In this document: piece by piece, positions 7,797 to 17,673 of the stretch
Layout: every line of letters begins with the position of its first letter
How positions within the stretch are numbered: the stretch's first letter is position 1
Assembly: GCA_963727505.1 (NCBI GenBank)
Contig: CAVSGP010000005.1
Coordinates: 96,001-160,000 of the forward strand
DNA length: 64,000 nucleotides
Reading direction: 5' to 3'
Source: an uncultured Trueperaceae bacterium
GTDB taxonomy: Bacteria > Deinococcota > Deinococci > Deinococcales > Trueperaceae
Notes under the pieces: model-generated
Told to the model about the DNA's origin: nothing
The model's input: only the letters and a program-made list of their open reading frames with translations
Database searches by the model: none
Translations under genes and position numbers: made by a program

Positions 7797-10099
7797 ACCC
7801 GGGGCACGGAGGCGGCCGCCTCCGACTCGCCGGCCACCGCCTGAGCGGTCCCGGCGCGTTCGATGCGAGCGGTGGCGTCCTTGTAGGCGGGGATCTGCGC
7901 GTTGGGGGAGCGTGCGCCGGGGTCGACCAGCACGTTCGCCTCGGGCCAGTGGAGCTGCACCGAGCCGGGGGCCACATCGGCGGTGAAGAGCCGGCCTCGG
8001 AAGGCGCCGTGCTCGTTCTCCACCACCACGGCCTGGCCGCCGCCGATGCCGAGGCGCGCGGCGTCGTCAGGGTGAACGATGACGGCGTCGCGTGGCAACC
8101 GGTTCATGGGGTCGATGTCCTCGTGGACGATGCTGTTGAACTGCTTTCCGCGCCGGGTGATGACCACGAAAGCGCCGTCGTCGCGACGCAGCTCGGGCGG
8201 GGCGGCTGCCAGGAAGCGCGCCCTGCCGCTCGGAGTCGGGAAGGTCCAGCCTTCGCACAGCCGCGGCCCGCCGTACTGGACCTGATCGCCCTTCTTGGCG
8301 AGGGTCTGGATGCCGTCGTACATCGGGATCACGCGCGCGATCTCGTTGCGGATGGCGGGCGTGCCCGAGAAGCGGACCTTCTCGGCCAGCCCCGGCCGGG
8401 CACGGGCCACGATCTCGGAGAGCACCTCCCATTCGGGACGGGCCTCGGCGATGCGCGGACCCGGGATCTCGGGACTGAAGACGATGCGGCGCTCGGTGGA
8501 GGTCTCGGTCACCCCGCCGGGCATCTCGTAGCGGGTGGTGGCGGGCAGCAGCAGAACGGTGTCGGCGGGGTCCTGCAGCATCTGGCTGCTCGGCACGATG
8601 TCGAGGTGTACGCGCAGGCCGATCCGGTCGAGCGCGTCGTCGACCCCGGTCGGTCCCGGCATGACCTCGCGAAAGTTGCCGCCGACCGCCATCAGCACGT
8701 CGATCTCGCCGCGTCGCGCCGCCTCCAACATCTCGGGAGTGGTGAGCCCCTTGCCGGTCGGCACCTCGAAACCGTACAGCGCAGAGAGCTCGGCGGCGTG
8801 CTCGGTGTCGGCGGGGCGGCCGCCCGGCAGGACCGTGGCGTAGGCGCCCATCTCGGCACCGCCCTGCACGCCGGAGTGGCCGCGGATCGGCATGAGGCCG
8901 CAGCCCTCGCGCCCCACGAAGCCCTTGGAGAGGGCCACGTCGATGATGGCGCGCACGTTCTCCTCGCCGAAGGCGTGCTGGGTGATGCCCATGCCCCACA
9001 CGAACACCGCGCGGCGCGCCTGGCCGAGGAGCTCCGCGTAGCTCTCCATGGCGGCGCGCGAGACCCCGCTGGCGCTCTCCAGCGCCTCCCAGGAGAGGCC
9101 GTCGAGCACCGCGACCAGCTCCTCGAAGCCCTCGGTGTGCTCGTCGATGAAGGCGCGATCGACGCTTCCCGCCCGGATCATCGCCTTGAGCGTGCCACGC
9201 AGGAAGGCCTGATCGCCGCCCGGCGCGATGCGGAAGAAGTGGTCGCTGATGCGGGTGCCGAAGAGCGCGCTCTCCACGTCTGAAGGCACCCAGTAGCGGT
9301 CCATGCCCGGCTCGACGTAGGGGTTGACGGTCACCACCTTCGTACCCGCCCTCTTGGCGTGGTAGAGGTACTTCATCACCACGGGCTGGTTCTTGGAGAC
9401 GTTGGAGCCGAGGAAGGTCACCACGTCGGTGCCGATCAGGTCGGTGTAGGAAACGGTCGTGGCGGCGACGCCCAGGCCCGCCTTGAGCCCCACCGTGCTG
9501 GGGGAGTGGCACACGCGGGCAGCGTTGTCGACGTTGTTGGTGCCGAGCGCGCGCATCGCCTTCTGTGCAACGTAGTAGGTCTCGTTGGGGATGCCGCGGC
9601 TGGTCAGGTAGAGGTAGGCACGATCCGGCTCGGTGGCGCGCAGGCGCTCGGCGACGAGGTCGATCGCATCGTGCCAGGCGATGCGCGTGAAGCCGGGCTC
9701 GCCGCGGCGGCGGATCATCGGGTGGGGGAGCCGCCCCAGCGCGCGCAGCTCCCGCGAACGCAGCCCCTTGAGCTTCGACACGTCGGCCAGGCGGCTCGGG
9801 TCGAGCGGACCCATGGTGTTGAGGCGCAGCAGGCGCAGCCGCACGTTGCACAGGTGCACCCCGTCGATGGTCCAATCGCTCATGCCGCTGGTGCCCAGGG
9901 CACACCCGTCGCACACGCCGTCTTGCAGGATGCGCCAGGCGTAGCCGGCGGCGTCGCGGTTCTCCCACGCGGCCCTGAACACCTCCTGGAAGTTCTCGGT
10001 GTGCGCCAGCGGCACGCTGGTGGCCCAGGTGGACGCGTCCCAACCCTTCTTTCTGGGCGGACGAACGGAACGCTTCGGTCGGCTGCTCATGAAAGGCAT
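7793..10099 (-). CDS. FdhF/YdeP-family molybdopterin oxidoreductase
   Basis: Motifs CDGCALG, YLTSRGIPNE, NAARVCHSPS, PIRGHSGVQG and TRRGKQFNS; ATGA overlap with fdhD. Confidence 0.92.
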   Translation of the reverse strand: MPFMSSRPKRSVRPPRKKGWDASTWATSVPLAHTENFQEVFRAAWENRDAAGYAWRILQDGVCDGCALGTSGMSDWTIDGVHLCNVRLRLLRLNTMGPLDPSRLADVSKLKGLRSRELRALGRLPHPMIRRRGEPGFTRIAWHDAIDLVAERLRATEPDRAYLYLTSRGIPNETYYVAQKAMRALGTNNVDNAARVCHSPSTVGLKAGLGVAATTVSYTDLIGTDVVTFLGSNVSKNQPVVMKYLYHAKRAGTKVVTVNPYVEPGMDRYWVPSDVESALFGTRISDHFFRIAPGGDQAFLRGTLKAMIRAGSVDRAFIDEHTEGFEELVAVLDGLSWEALESASGVSRAAMESYAELLGQARRAVFVWGMGITQHAFGEENVRAIIDVALSKGFVGREGCGLMPIRGHSGVQGGAEMGAYATVLPGGRPADTEHAAELSALYGFEVPTGKGLTTPEMLEAARRGEIDVLMAVGGNFREVMPGPTGVDDALDRIGLRVHLDIVPSSQMLQDPADTVLLLPATTRYEMPGGVTETSTERRIVFSPEIPGPRIAEARPEWEVLSEIVARARPGLAEKVRFSGTPAIRNEIARVIPMYDGIQTLAKKGDQVQYGGPRLCEGWTFPTPSGRARFLAAAPPELRRDDGAFVVITRRGKQFNSIVHEDIDPMNRLPRDAVIVHPDDAARLGIGGGQAVVVENEHGAFRGRLFTADVAPGSVQLHWPEANVLVDPGARSPNAQIPAYKDATARIERAGTAQAVAGESEAAASVPRV

Positions 10100-10307
10100 A
10101 GCTCGCGCTCCTCCCCTGCGAGGTATACGCGCGGCCGGATGCAGCCGGCACGACCCCCACGGACGTTTCGGTTGGCGCCACTATAGGCCCGCGTTCCATG
10201 CGAGCGATGAGTGCACCGCGACGTCATGCCGCCGGCGGGCACTCGCGGGGCGGGGGAGCGCTAGGCTGAAGGCGGGAGGTCCCGCGAGCGTAAGCAGCTT
10301 CGCCTGG

Positions 10308-10874
10308 ATGAAGGTGCTCGAGTCGGCGGCGGTAGGTGTGGGGGTGGCGGTCGCGGCGTTGTACGCCGCGACGCCGTGGCTGCGACCGACGGGCCGATGG
10401 CGCTGGCCGTTGTTCGGCGCGTTCGGGGTGCTAGGCGCGGCGGTCGGGGCGAGCGCTGTGCTGCTGCAGCGAGCGATCGGCGGAGCCGAGCTGGCCTGGA
10501 TCGCGGCGGCGCCGCTGATGACGGTCGGCTTGCTGGGGCTCGACTTCGAAGGCGCGACCCCCTGGTACGCCAGCGCCCTGTCCGAGGTCGGTCGCGCCGA
10601 GATCGAGCTGTTGGACGAGCGATGCAGCGGCGCTGCAGTTTGCGTGCAGGTGTGCCCGCGCGGGGTGCTGGGTATGGACGGCCGACGCCGCAAGGTCGTC
10701 ATCCGGGAACCCGAAGCCTGCATCTGCTGCGCGGCGTGCATCGTGCAGTGCCCCGAGGACGCGCTGCGCTTCCGTTTCCCGGACGGAAGAGTGGCCGAGG
10801 CTTCGGTGCTGCGGCGCACCCGCTTGAACCTGCTCGGCAAGCGCACCGTCGAGCTGCGTGACCCGGAGGCGTAG
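10308..10874 (+). CDS. Membrane-anchored 4Fe-4S dicluster protein resembling the C-terminal part of HgcAB-like fusion proteins (possibly a truncated remnant)
   Basis: About 3 TM helices, then LDFEGATP, CSGAAVCVQVCP, CICCAACIVQCP and terminal LNLLGKR; no clear SD. Confidence 0.7.
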   Translation: MKVLESAAVGVGVAVAALYAATPWLRPTGRWRWPLFGAFGVLGAAVGASAVLLQRAIGGAELAWIAAAPLMTVGLLGLDFEGATPWYASALSEVGRAEIELLDERCSGAAVCVQVCPRGVLGMDGRRRKVVIREPEACICCAACIVQCPEDALRFRFPDGRVAEASVLRRTRLNLLGKRTVELRDPEA

Positions 10875-10986
10875 ACACCCTTCCCGGACCGAGCTGGAAG
10901 ACGTGCGCGGTGGAGCGGTGGGGGTGCCGTAACGCTCCAGTAACGGTCGGTTGCCTACACTCCTTCGCGACGAAGGAGGTAGGGCC

Positions 10987-12246
10987 ATGCGAACGAGGGC
11001 TCGAGCGATCGGTCTGGTCCTGGTAGGTCTCTTGGGGCCGTTGCTGCTGGTGGCGTGCGGGGGCGGCACCTCCACGACGTCGACGACGCCTCCGACAAGC
11101 CCGCCGGCGGCGCCCGCGACGGCGAGCATCGGTCCCGCGGGCGGCACGCTCACGTCGGCCGACGGCGTGGTGACCTTGAAGGTTCCCAAGGGCGCGCTCA
11201 CTCAGACCGTCACCCTTGGCATCGCGCCGGCGACGAAGGCCCCTTCCGGGGCGGTGCTGGCCTACGAGCTGACGCCGTCGGGTACGGTCTTCGCCGTTCC
11301 CGCCACGCTGACGGTCGACACCAGCGCGCTGAGCTTGCCCACGGGCACTACCGAGGCGGACGTGCGCATCGAGACCGCCTCGAGCGGCGCCTGGAAGGGC
11401 CTGTACACCACGCTCGACAGCGCCAAGCACACTGCCAGCGCGTCGCTGGCGCACCTGAGCACCTACGGGGTAGTGGCGCTGGGGCTGTCGAGCCAGCTTG
11501 TGCTGGGGTGGACCAGCGGCGATCCCATGGCCTCCGTCTACCTCGATGACGCGACCTCGGGCATGCATGAACAGGTGACCGTGGCGCAGCCCGTATCTGG
11601 CGAGGGGCCGCCGACGTCCGCGAAGGTTCCGGCCGCGCCGGGCTGCTTCATGTGGGACTGGTTGCATGCCCTGGACTATTACGATGTCAGCGGCACCCAC
11701 GCGTGGGTCGCGAGTGGTAGCTATCCCACCGCTCCCGTCGCCACGGCCAGCGATGCCTTCGCCATCTCCGGTTCGGGCGCGGACTTCACCATCACGTCCT
11801 TGTTGAAGGGCGACGCGGGTAGGGGCAGTGCCGTGGCGGGTACCTACGGCGGCACGTATTCGGACATCTACCCCAACATCATCGCAACGATCCAGAACCC
11901 GAGTGGAGCCGCCCGCACGATCACGCTGCGCTGGACGTCGCACGCCGCGTACAACGGCACGATCATGGGGACCACCTACACTGGCGGTGCCGATGTCGAG
12001 ATCGACTACGTCGCTGCAGACGGCACCACCTGCCTGCTCGGCTCCCAGCGCCCTTCGCCGCATCTATACGCGGCGAAAGTCAACACCGCCACCACCAATA
12101 CCCTGACCTATGCCGTCCCGGCCGGTGCTGCGACGATCTGGGTCAATGTCGAGAAGGCGACCGACATCCACATCCCCTTGGACATCTACCGGACGACCGA
12201 CCTGGTGGCCACCCTGGGCGAGGAGCTGCGCGTCCAGGTCGAGTGA
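10987..12246 (+). CDS. Lipoprotein with ZU5-like N-terminal domain and unknown beta-rich C-terminus
   Basis: Lipobox LVAC; Thr/Pro linker; IGPAGGTLTSADG..LKVPKGAL...YELTPSGTVFAVPATL...HLSTYG; SD AAGGAGGT. Confidence 0.75.
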   Translation: MRTRARAIGLVLVGLLGPLLLVACGGGTSTTSTTPPTSPPAAPATASIGPAGGTLTSADGVVTLKVPKGALTQTVTLGIAPATKAPSGAVLAYELTPSGTVFAVPATLTVDTSALSLPTGTTEADVRIETASSGAWKGLYTTLDSAKHTASASLAHLSTYGVVALGLSSQLVLGWTSGDPMASVYLDDATSGMHEQVTVAQPVSGEGPPTSAKVPAAPGCFMWDWLHALDYYDVSGTHAWVASGSYPTAPVATASDAFAISGSGADFTITSLLKGDAGRGSAVAGTYGGTYSDIYPNIIATIQNPSGAARTITLRWTSHAAYNGTIMGTTYTGGADVEIDYVAADGTTCLLGSQRPSPHLYAAKVNTATTNTLTYAVPAGAATIWVNVEKATDIHIPLDIYRTTDLVATLGEELRVQVE

Positions 12247-12266
12247 GCGCGGCAGGTAGGGTGCGG

Positions 12267-12340
12267 GCCCCGGCAGCGGACCACGCGTTGCCGGGGCGCT
12301 CCCGTTCGGCGCGGGCTGCCGCGGAGGGGCGCCAGCCCGC
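12267..12340. terminator. Two GC-rich hairpins between convergent genes
   Basis: GCCCCGGCAGCG/CGTTGCCGGGGC (12267-12297) and GCGGGCTG/CAGCCCGC (12311-12340); no U-tract. Confidence 0.45.
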
Positions 12341-12897
12341 CTACACCGGTTGCGCCTGCTCGACCGCAGCCAGTGCCGCTCCCCGCTCGAGTGCCCGCAG
12401 GTTCACCCCCAGAAGGTCGCGTCGGCGCTCGGGGATGACGTGCTCGAGCGTGGCCTGCACCTGTTTCAGGTCCAGCACCGGCAGCCGCGCCAGCAGCGCG
12501 CCGACCAGCACCAGGTTGGTGACCCGCTTCTCGCCGAGCGCCTGCGCGGTGTCGTCGCCCGGTACCAGCAGAGCCGTGAGGTCGGTGCGGCCGGGCCGCT
12601 TGTCCACGATGGAGCTGTTCACCACCAGCACCCCGCCCGTCTTGACCAGGGGCTCGTAGCGTTCCAGCGACGGCAAGTTCAACACGATGGCGGCGCGCGG
12701 GTTGCGCACCACCGGCGAGCCGATGGGCGCGTCGGAAACGATGGTCGTGCAGTGCGCGGTGCCACCGCGCATCTCGGGGCCGTAGGAGGGGAACCAGGTG
12801 GTGTGCAGGCCGGCGTCGAGCGCTGCGTAGGCCAGCAGCTGGCCCGCGAACAGCGCGCCCTGTCCGCCGAAGCCGGAGATGACGATCTCGGTCTGCA

Positions 12898-12898
<1 letters not shown>
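12341..12898 (-). CDS. 2-oxoacid:ferredoxin oxidoreductase gamma subunit
   Basis: [24 protein letters not shown] and NLVLVGA. Confidence 0.92.
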
Positions 12899-13706
<808 letters not shown>

Positions 13707-13710
<4 letters not shown>

Positions 13711-14789
13711 GCCACCGCCTCCTCGGGATGGAGCTCTCGCTGCAGGTCCCGGATGGCGCCCAGGACCTCGACGGGCATCGGTACCACGCCGCCGGTGCGC
13801 CCGAAGAAGTGGATCGGCACGCGCTCGCGGGTGGCGCGCCGGACGTCGGTCAGCATCTGCCCGGCGTTCATCTCGACCACCAGGATGGCGTCGACCTCCT
13901 CGGCGAGGCGCCGCAGGCGCTCCTCGGGGAAGGGGAAGAGCGTGACCGGCCGCAACAGACCGACCTTCACGCCCTCGGCGCGGGCAGCTTCGATGGCCGT
14001 GAGCGACAGCCGGCCGGCGGTGCCGAAGGCGACGACCGCGATGCGGGCGTCCTCGAGGTACGTCTCGTCGAAGCGCACCTCGTTCCGCTCGATCTCGCGG
14101 TAGCTGGCCTGCAGCTCCTGGTTGTAGGCCTCTTCCTCCTCGGGGTCGAGGTAGATGGAGGTGAGGGCGTGGGGCTCCCGGCCGCTGGCGCCGGTCAACG
14201 CCCAGTCCGGGCGCTGCTCGATGGGGCGGGGCTCGGTCATCGGCGGCAGCTCGGCGGGCTCCATCATCTGGCCGAGGCTGCCGTCGGCCAGGACCACGGT
14301 GACGCACCGATAGCGCTCGGACAGGTCGAAGGCCAGGACCGTGAGGTCGATGAGCTCCTGTACCGTGGCAGGCGCCAGCACGATCATGTGCATGTCGCCG
14401 TGGGGGCCGCCCTTGACCATCTGGTTGTAGTCGCTCTGCGCCGGGGCGATGTTGCCGAGGCCGGGCCCGCCGCGCATGATGTCGACGAGGACCACCGGGA
14501 CGCGCGAGCCGGCGATGTAGGACAGGCCCTCCATCATCAGGCTGACGCCGGGGCTGGACGACGAGGTCATGACCCGCACGCCGGCGGTGGCGGCGCCGTA
14601 GACCATGTTGATGGCGGCCACCTCGCTCTCGGCCTGCACGAAGGTGCGGCCCAGCTCGGGCATGCGCCTGGCCATGTGCTCGAGCGCCTCGGTCTGCGGC
14701 GTGATGGGGTAGCCGAAGTAGGCCTCACAGCCGGCGCGGATCGCCGCCTCGGCGAAGGCGACGTTGCCCTTGAGCAGCTGCCGGGCCAT
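13707..14789 (-). CDS. vorB: 2-oxoacid:ferredoxin oxidoreductase alpha subunit (3-methyl-2-oxobutanoate dehydrogenase VorB-like)
   Basis: [35 protein letters not shown] and VEMNAGQ. Confidence 0.9.
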
Positions 14790-15013
14790 CAGGCGGCCGC
14801 CCGCTCGCGGTAGACGGTGAAGGCGGCTTCGGGGCAGATCACGGAGCACAGCTCACAACCGGTGCACAGGCCGTCGGGGTCGGTCAGCTCCACCGGGTGG
14901 TAACCGTGCGCGCTGAAGCGCGTGGTGAGCGCGAGCAGACCCTTGGGGCACACCCCGGTGCAGAGCCCGCACCCCTTGCACAACGATTCGTCGACGGTAA
15001 CGGTCCCCTTCAT
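14789..15013 (-). CDS. 2x[4Fe-4S] ferredoxin, delta subunit of the oxidoreductase
   Basis: [12 protein letters not shown] and [21 protein letters not shown]. Confidence 0.92.
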   Translation of the reverse strand: MKGTVTVDESLCKGCGLCTGVCPKGLLALTTRFSAHGYHPVELTDPDGLCTGCELCSVICPEAAFTVYRERAAA

Positions 15014-15179
15014 GGGTCCCTCCTTGCTTGTCCGTTGCTTCACGGTAGCTCCGGCGGAGTGGGCCTTTTGTCCCTCCCCGGTACAACACACCGCTCGCGT
15101 GCGGGCCCGAGCGCCCCCGCATGCGCACTCTCCGGGAACGGGCCGCGCGAGCCGCGGTATGCGCGGCGGCGCCGTCCGC

Positions 15180-16904
15180 CTAGCCTTCGGTGGCCGTGGC
15201 GTCGCGCTCGGGCCGCGCCGAGCGCAGGCGCTGGGCGAGCGCCAAACGCAGCTCGCCCCACACCCCCACCGGTGAGTCGGCGATGGCCACCGCCTCCAGC
15301 GCCCGCAGGACGCCGAGACCCGCAGGGTGCGCCAGGTAGCGTGCTTCCCAGGAGGGATGGAACTTGCTCTTGAACACGTGCAGGCCCTTGAAGTTGTACA
15401 GCGCGTTACCGCGCTCGAACACGGTGGCGAGAGCGCGTTCGGTGAGGGGAGCGCGAGCCGAGGCGTCGAGCCCGCTCAACGCCGACAGACCCAGATCGGC
15501 ACGTGCCAGCCCCCGGTCGCGCAGGTGCTCCAGGAGCCGCACGAAGAGGAACAACATGGTCTCGGAGGGCGCGCCGTCCACGAATCGCATGAGGTCGACC
15601 GCCAGCCCACCACGGCCGTACTCGGGGATCAGGTTCACGAACGCCAGGACGCGCCCCTCGGCATCCTCGACGATGGCGACGGGGCATGCCGCGACGTACG
15701 CCTCGTCGAAGCGCCCCAGGGAGAAGTCCTTCTCCGCGGTACGCCGGCTCCGCAGCCACGCCGTGGAGACCGCGGCCAGGGCGTGCATGCGCTCGGGCGG
15801 TTGCGGCGGCTCGTGCCACGCCATCCGGTAGCCTTCGCGCTCCATCCGGTTCACGCCGGCACGCAGGTTCTTGTTGCGACCGCCAGACACGGTGAAGGCG
15901 TCCAGGTCGACGATGGCCTCCTGGCCGATGAGGGTGGTCTGCAGGCCGGCGTCCCGGTAGTGCCCCCGGGTTTCGGGCCGCGTCTGGTAGAACACGGGCT
16001 GCCAGGCGCGTTCACGACAGAAGCGGGCGAACGCCGCCACCGCCGCGGCGACGTCGTCGTCCGGGCCGATGGGATCGCCCAGCGCCAGCCCTACGTTGCC
16101 GACCGGCTTGTAGGCGACGACCGAGCCGCCGGGCGTGAAGAGGTACTGCTTCTCGCCGAGCAAAGCGATGTGGGCCAGGCTGGAGCGCCCGTGCGCCTCC
16201 ACCAGCGCCCGCGCCGCCCGCCGCTCGGTCTCGTCGGCGCGCCCACGCTCCACGACCGGCCTCAACGCCATCACCATGGCGGTGCCGAGGCTGCCCGCCG
16301 CCAGCAGGTAGATGCTGTCGAGGAAGAACCGCGCCAGCCGGGTGTGGGGAAGGGGAGGGGCGCCGAAGGTGAACATCGAGACGGTGGCCGACAGGGCCTG
16401 TGGCAGGCTCAGGCGCAGGTGGAACTCGTGGTCGAGCGCGTCGTAGCCGAGCGTGCCGTAGAGCAGCGTCACGAACACGGCCAGCACCAGCACGCGCAGC
16501 GCCATGCGTGCGGTCGGGCGGTCGTGGCGCGCCACGAACTGGTGGCGGCCCAGCAGCAGCAGCGCCAGCATGACCAGGCTGACGGCGGCGGCTTCGAGCT
16601 CGAGTCCCTTGAGCAGGTTCGCGAGCGTTCCCAGGCTCAGAACGGCCACGCTCAGCCACCAGGCGTTGCGCTGGCGGCGCGCCAGGCCGCGTGCCAGCAC
16701 CAGCAGCGCGAAGCCCGACAGGCCGGCGGCGAGGCGACTGGCGGCGCGGTACTCGAACGGCACCACGCCGCGAAGCAGGTCGAGCCGCTCGGGTACCGTC
16801 GCCTTGGCGGCCGACCATACGTCCACCAGGCCGACCGCGAACACCAGGAGCACCACCAGACGCACCCACCAGCCCGCGTCGACGTGGGTGTCCCAGCGCC
16901 TCAC
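15180..16904 (-). CDS. MprF/LpiA-like aminoacyl-phosphatidylglycerol synthase (DUF2156 domain), without the large flippase domain
   Basis: About 6 TM helices, then ALGDPIG, GQEAIVDL, EKDFSLG, VDLMR and YNFKGLHVFKSKFHPSWEARYL; GTG start overlaps the upstream TGA. Confidence 0.88.
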   Translation of the reverse strand: MRRWDTHVDAGWWVRLVVLLVFAVGLVDVWSAAKATVPERLDLLRGVVPFEYRAASRLAAGLSGFALLVLARGLARRQRNAWWLSVAVLSLGTLANLLKGLELEAAAVSLVMLALLLLGRHQFVARHDRPTARMALRVLVLAVFVTLLYGTLGYDALDHEFHLRLSLPQALSATVSMFTFGAPPLPHTRLARFFLDSIYLLAAGSLGTAMVMALRPVVERGRADETERRAARALVEAHGRSSLAHIALLGEKQYLFTPGGSVVAYKPVGNVGLALGDPIGPDDDVAAAVAAFARFCRERAWQPVFYQTRPETRGHYRDAGLQTTLIGQEAIVDLDAFTVSGGRNKNLRAGVNRMEREGYRMAWHEPPQPPERMHALAAVSTAWLRSRRTAEKDFSLGRFDEAYVAACPVAIVEDAEGRVLAFVNLIPEYGRGGLAVDLMRFVDGAPSETMLFLFVRLLEHLRDRGLARADLGLSALSGLDASARAPLTERALATVFERGNALYNFKGLHVFKSKFHPSWEARYLAHPAGLGVLRALEAVAIADSPVGVWGELRLALAQRLRSARPERDATATEG

Positions 16905-17566
16905 CGCGCGCTCCCGCCGGAGTCGCGGCGGCGCCCGCGAACACCGGCGAGCCATCCCGCGGTGCCGCCGTAGAGCACCGTCATCAGATGCTCTGCGCCC
17001 GCGTTGACGTCGCGGCCCAGCACATCGTGGGCGGCGGCCGTGTCCAGCCAGATGACCAGCGTGACGAGCGCGAAGGCGGGCACCAGCCAGCGCCAGCGCG
17101 GCGTCATCGCCAGCACCGCCGCCAGCGCCCCGAAGTAGCCCGCGGAGGCGCCGATGTCGCGAGCGTTGCGTATCAGCCCGGCGGTGGGAAGCAGCACGTA
17201 GAACAGCGCCAGCGTCAGGAACGACAGCACGTGCAGTCCCAGGAAGGCGAGGGCCGCCCACCAGCTGCCCGCTCGGCGCTCGAGCAGGCCCACCCCGAGG
17301 CCGGTGAGGACCAGCGCCTGCAGCAGGCTCCAGGGGTCGATGGTGAACCAGGGAGCGCTGAGCAGGCGCCGCAGATCCAGGGAGAGCCCGTCGGTCGGCC
17401 GGAATCCGGCATCGTGGATCACGTAGCGCGGCACCGCGTGCCAGGCGCTGCCGGTCAGCAGGCCGACCACGACGAGCACGAGGAGCAGTGTCAGCGTGAC
17501 CGGGTAGCGCCGCAGGCCGAGGGCCCAGGAGGGGGTGCGGGAGGAGGGTAGGCCCGAGGACGCCAT
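16901..17566 (-). CDS. Rhomboid-like membrane protein
   Basis: About 6 TM helices; LLERRAG, DIGASAG (GxSxG) and C-terminal EHL. Confidence 0.65.
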   Translation of the reverse strand: MASSGLPSSRTPSWALGLRRYPVTLTLLLVLVVVGLLTGSAWHAVPRYVIHDAGFRPTDGLSLDLRRLLSAPWFTIDPWSLLQALVLTGLGVGLLERRAGSWWAALAFLGLHVLSFLTLALFYVLLPTAGLIRNARDIGASAGYFGALAAVLAMTPRWRWLVPAFALVTLVIWLDTAAAHDVLGRDVNAGAEHLMTVLYGGTAGWLAGVRGRRRDSGGSAR

Positions 17567-17673
17567 CCACGGCCAGGATAATCCCCGCCCGCTACCCGGA
17601 TCGGGCCGGAGACGACCGTGAGGGCGAGTCTGGGGCGCGCCGGGCCGGCGATGAGCGTGGTATGTCGGTAGGC

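Noticed and set aside
7793..10099. Selenocysteine formate dehydrogenase
   Set aside because: The active-site residue is Cys (RVCH), there is no in-frame TGA, and the sequence is YdeP-like.
9999..10874. Functional mercury methylation (hgcAB) locus
   Set aside because: No corrinoid-binding domain or N(V/I)WCA cap helix is present, so methylation cannot be claimed.
15180..17570. 796-aa ORF as a single fused protein
   Set aside because: Its first 222 codons are an Arg/Pro-rich off-frame reading of the rhomboid-like gene. The DUF2156 protein most plausibly starts at GTG 16904, overlapping the upstream TGA.
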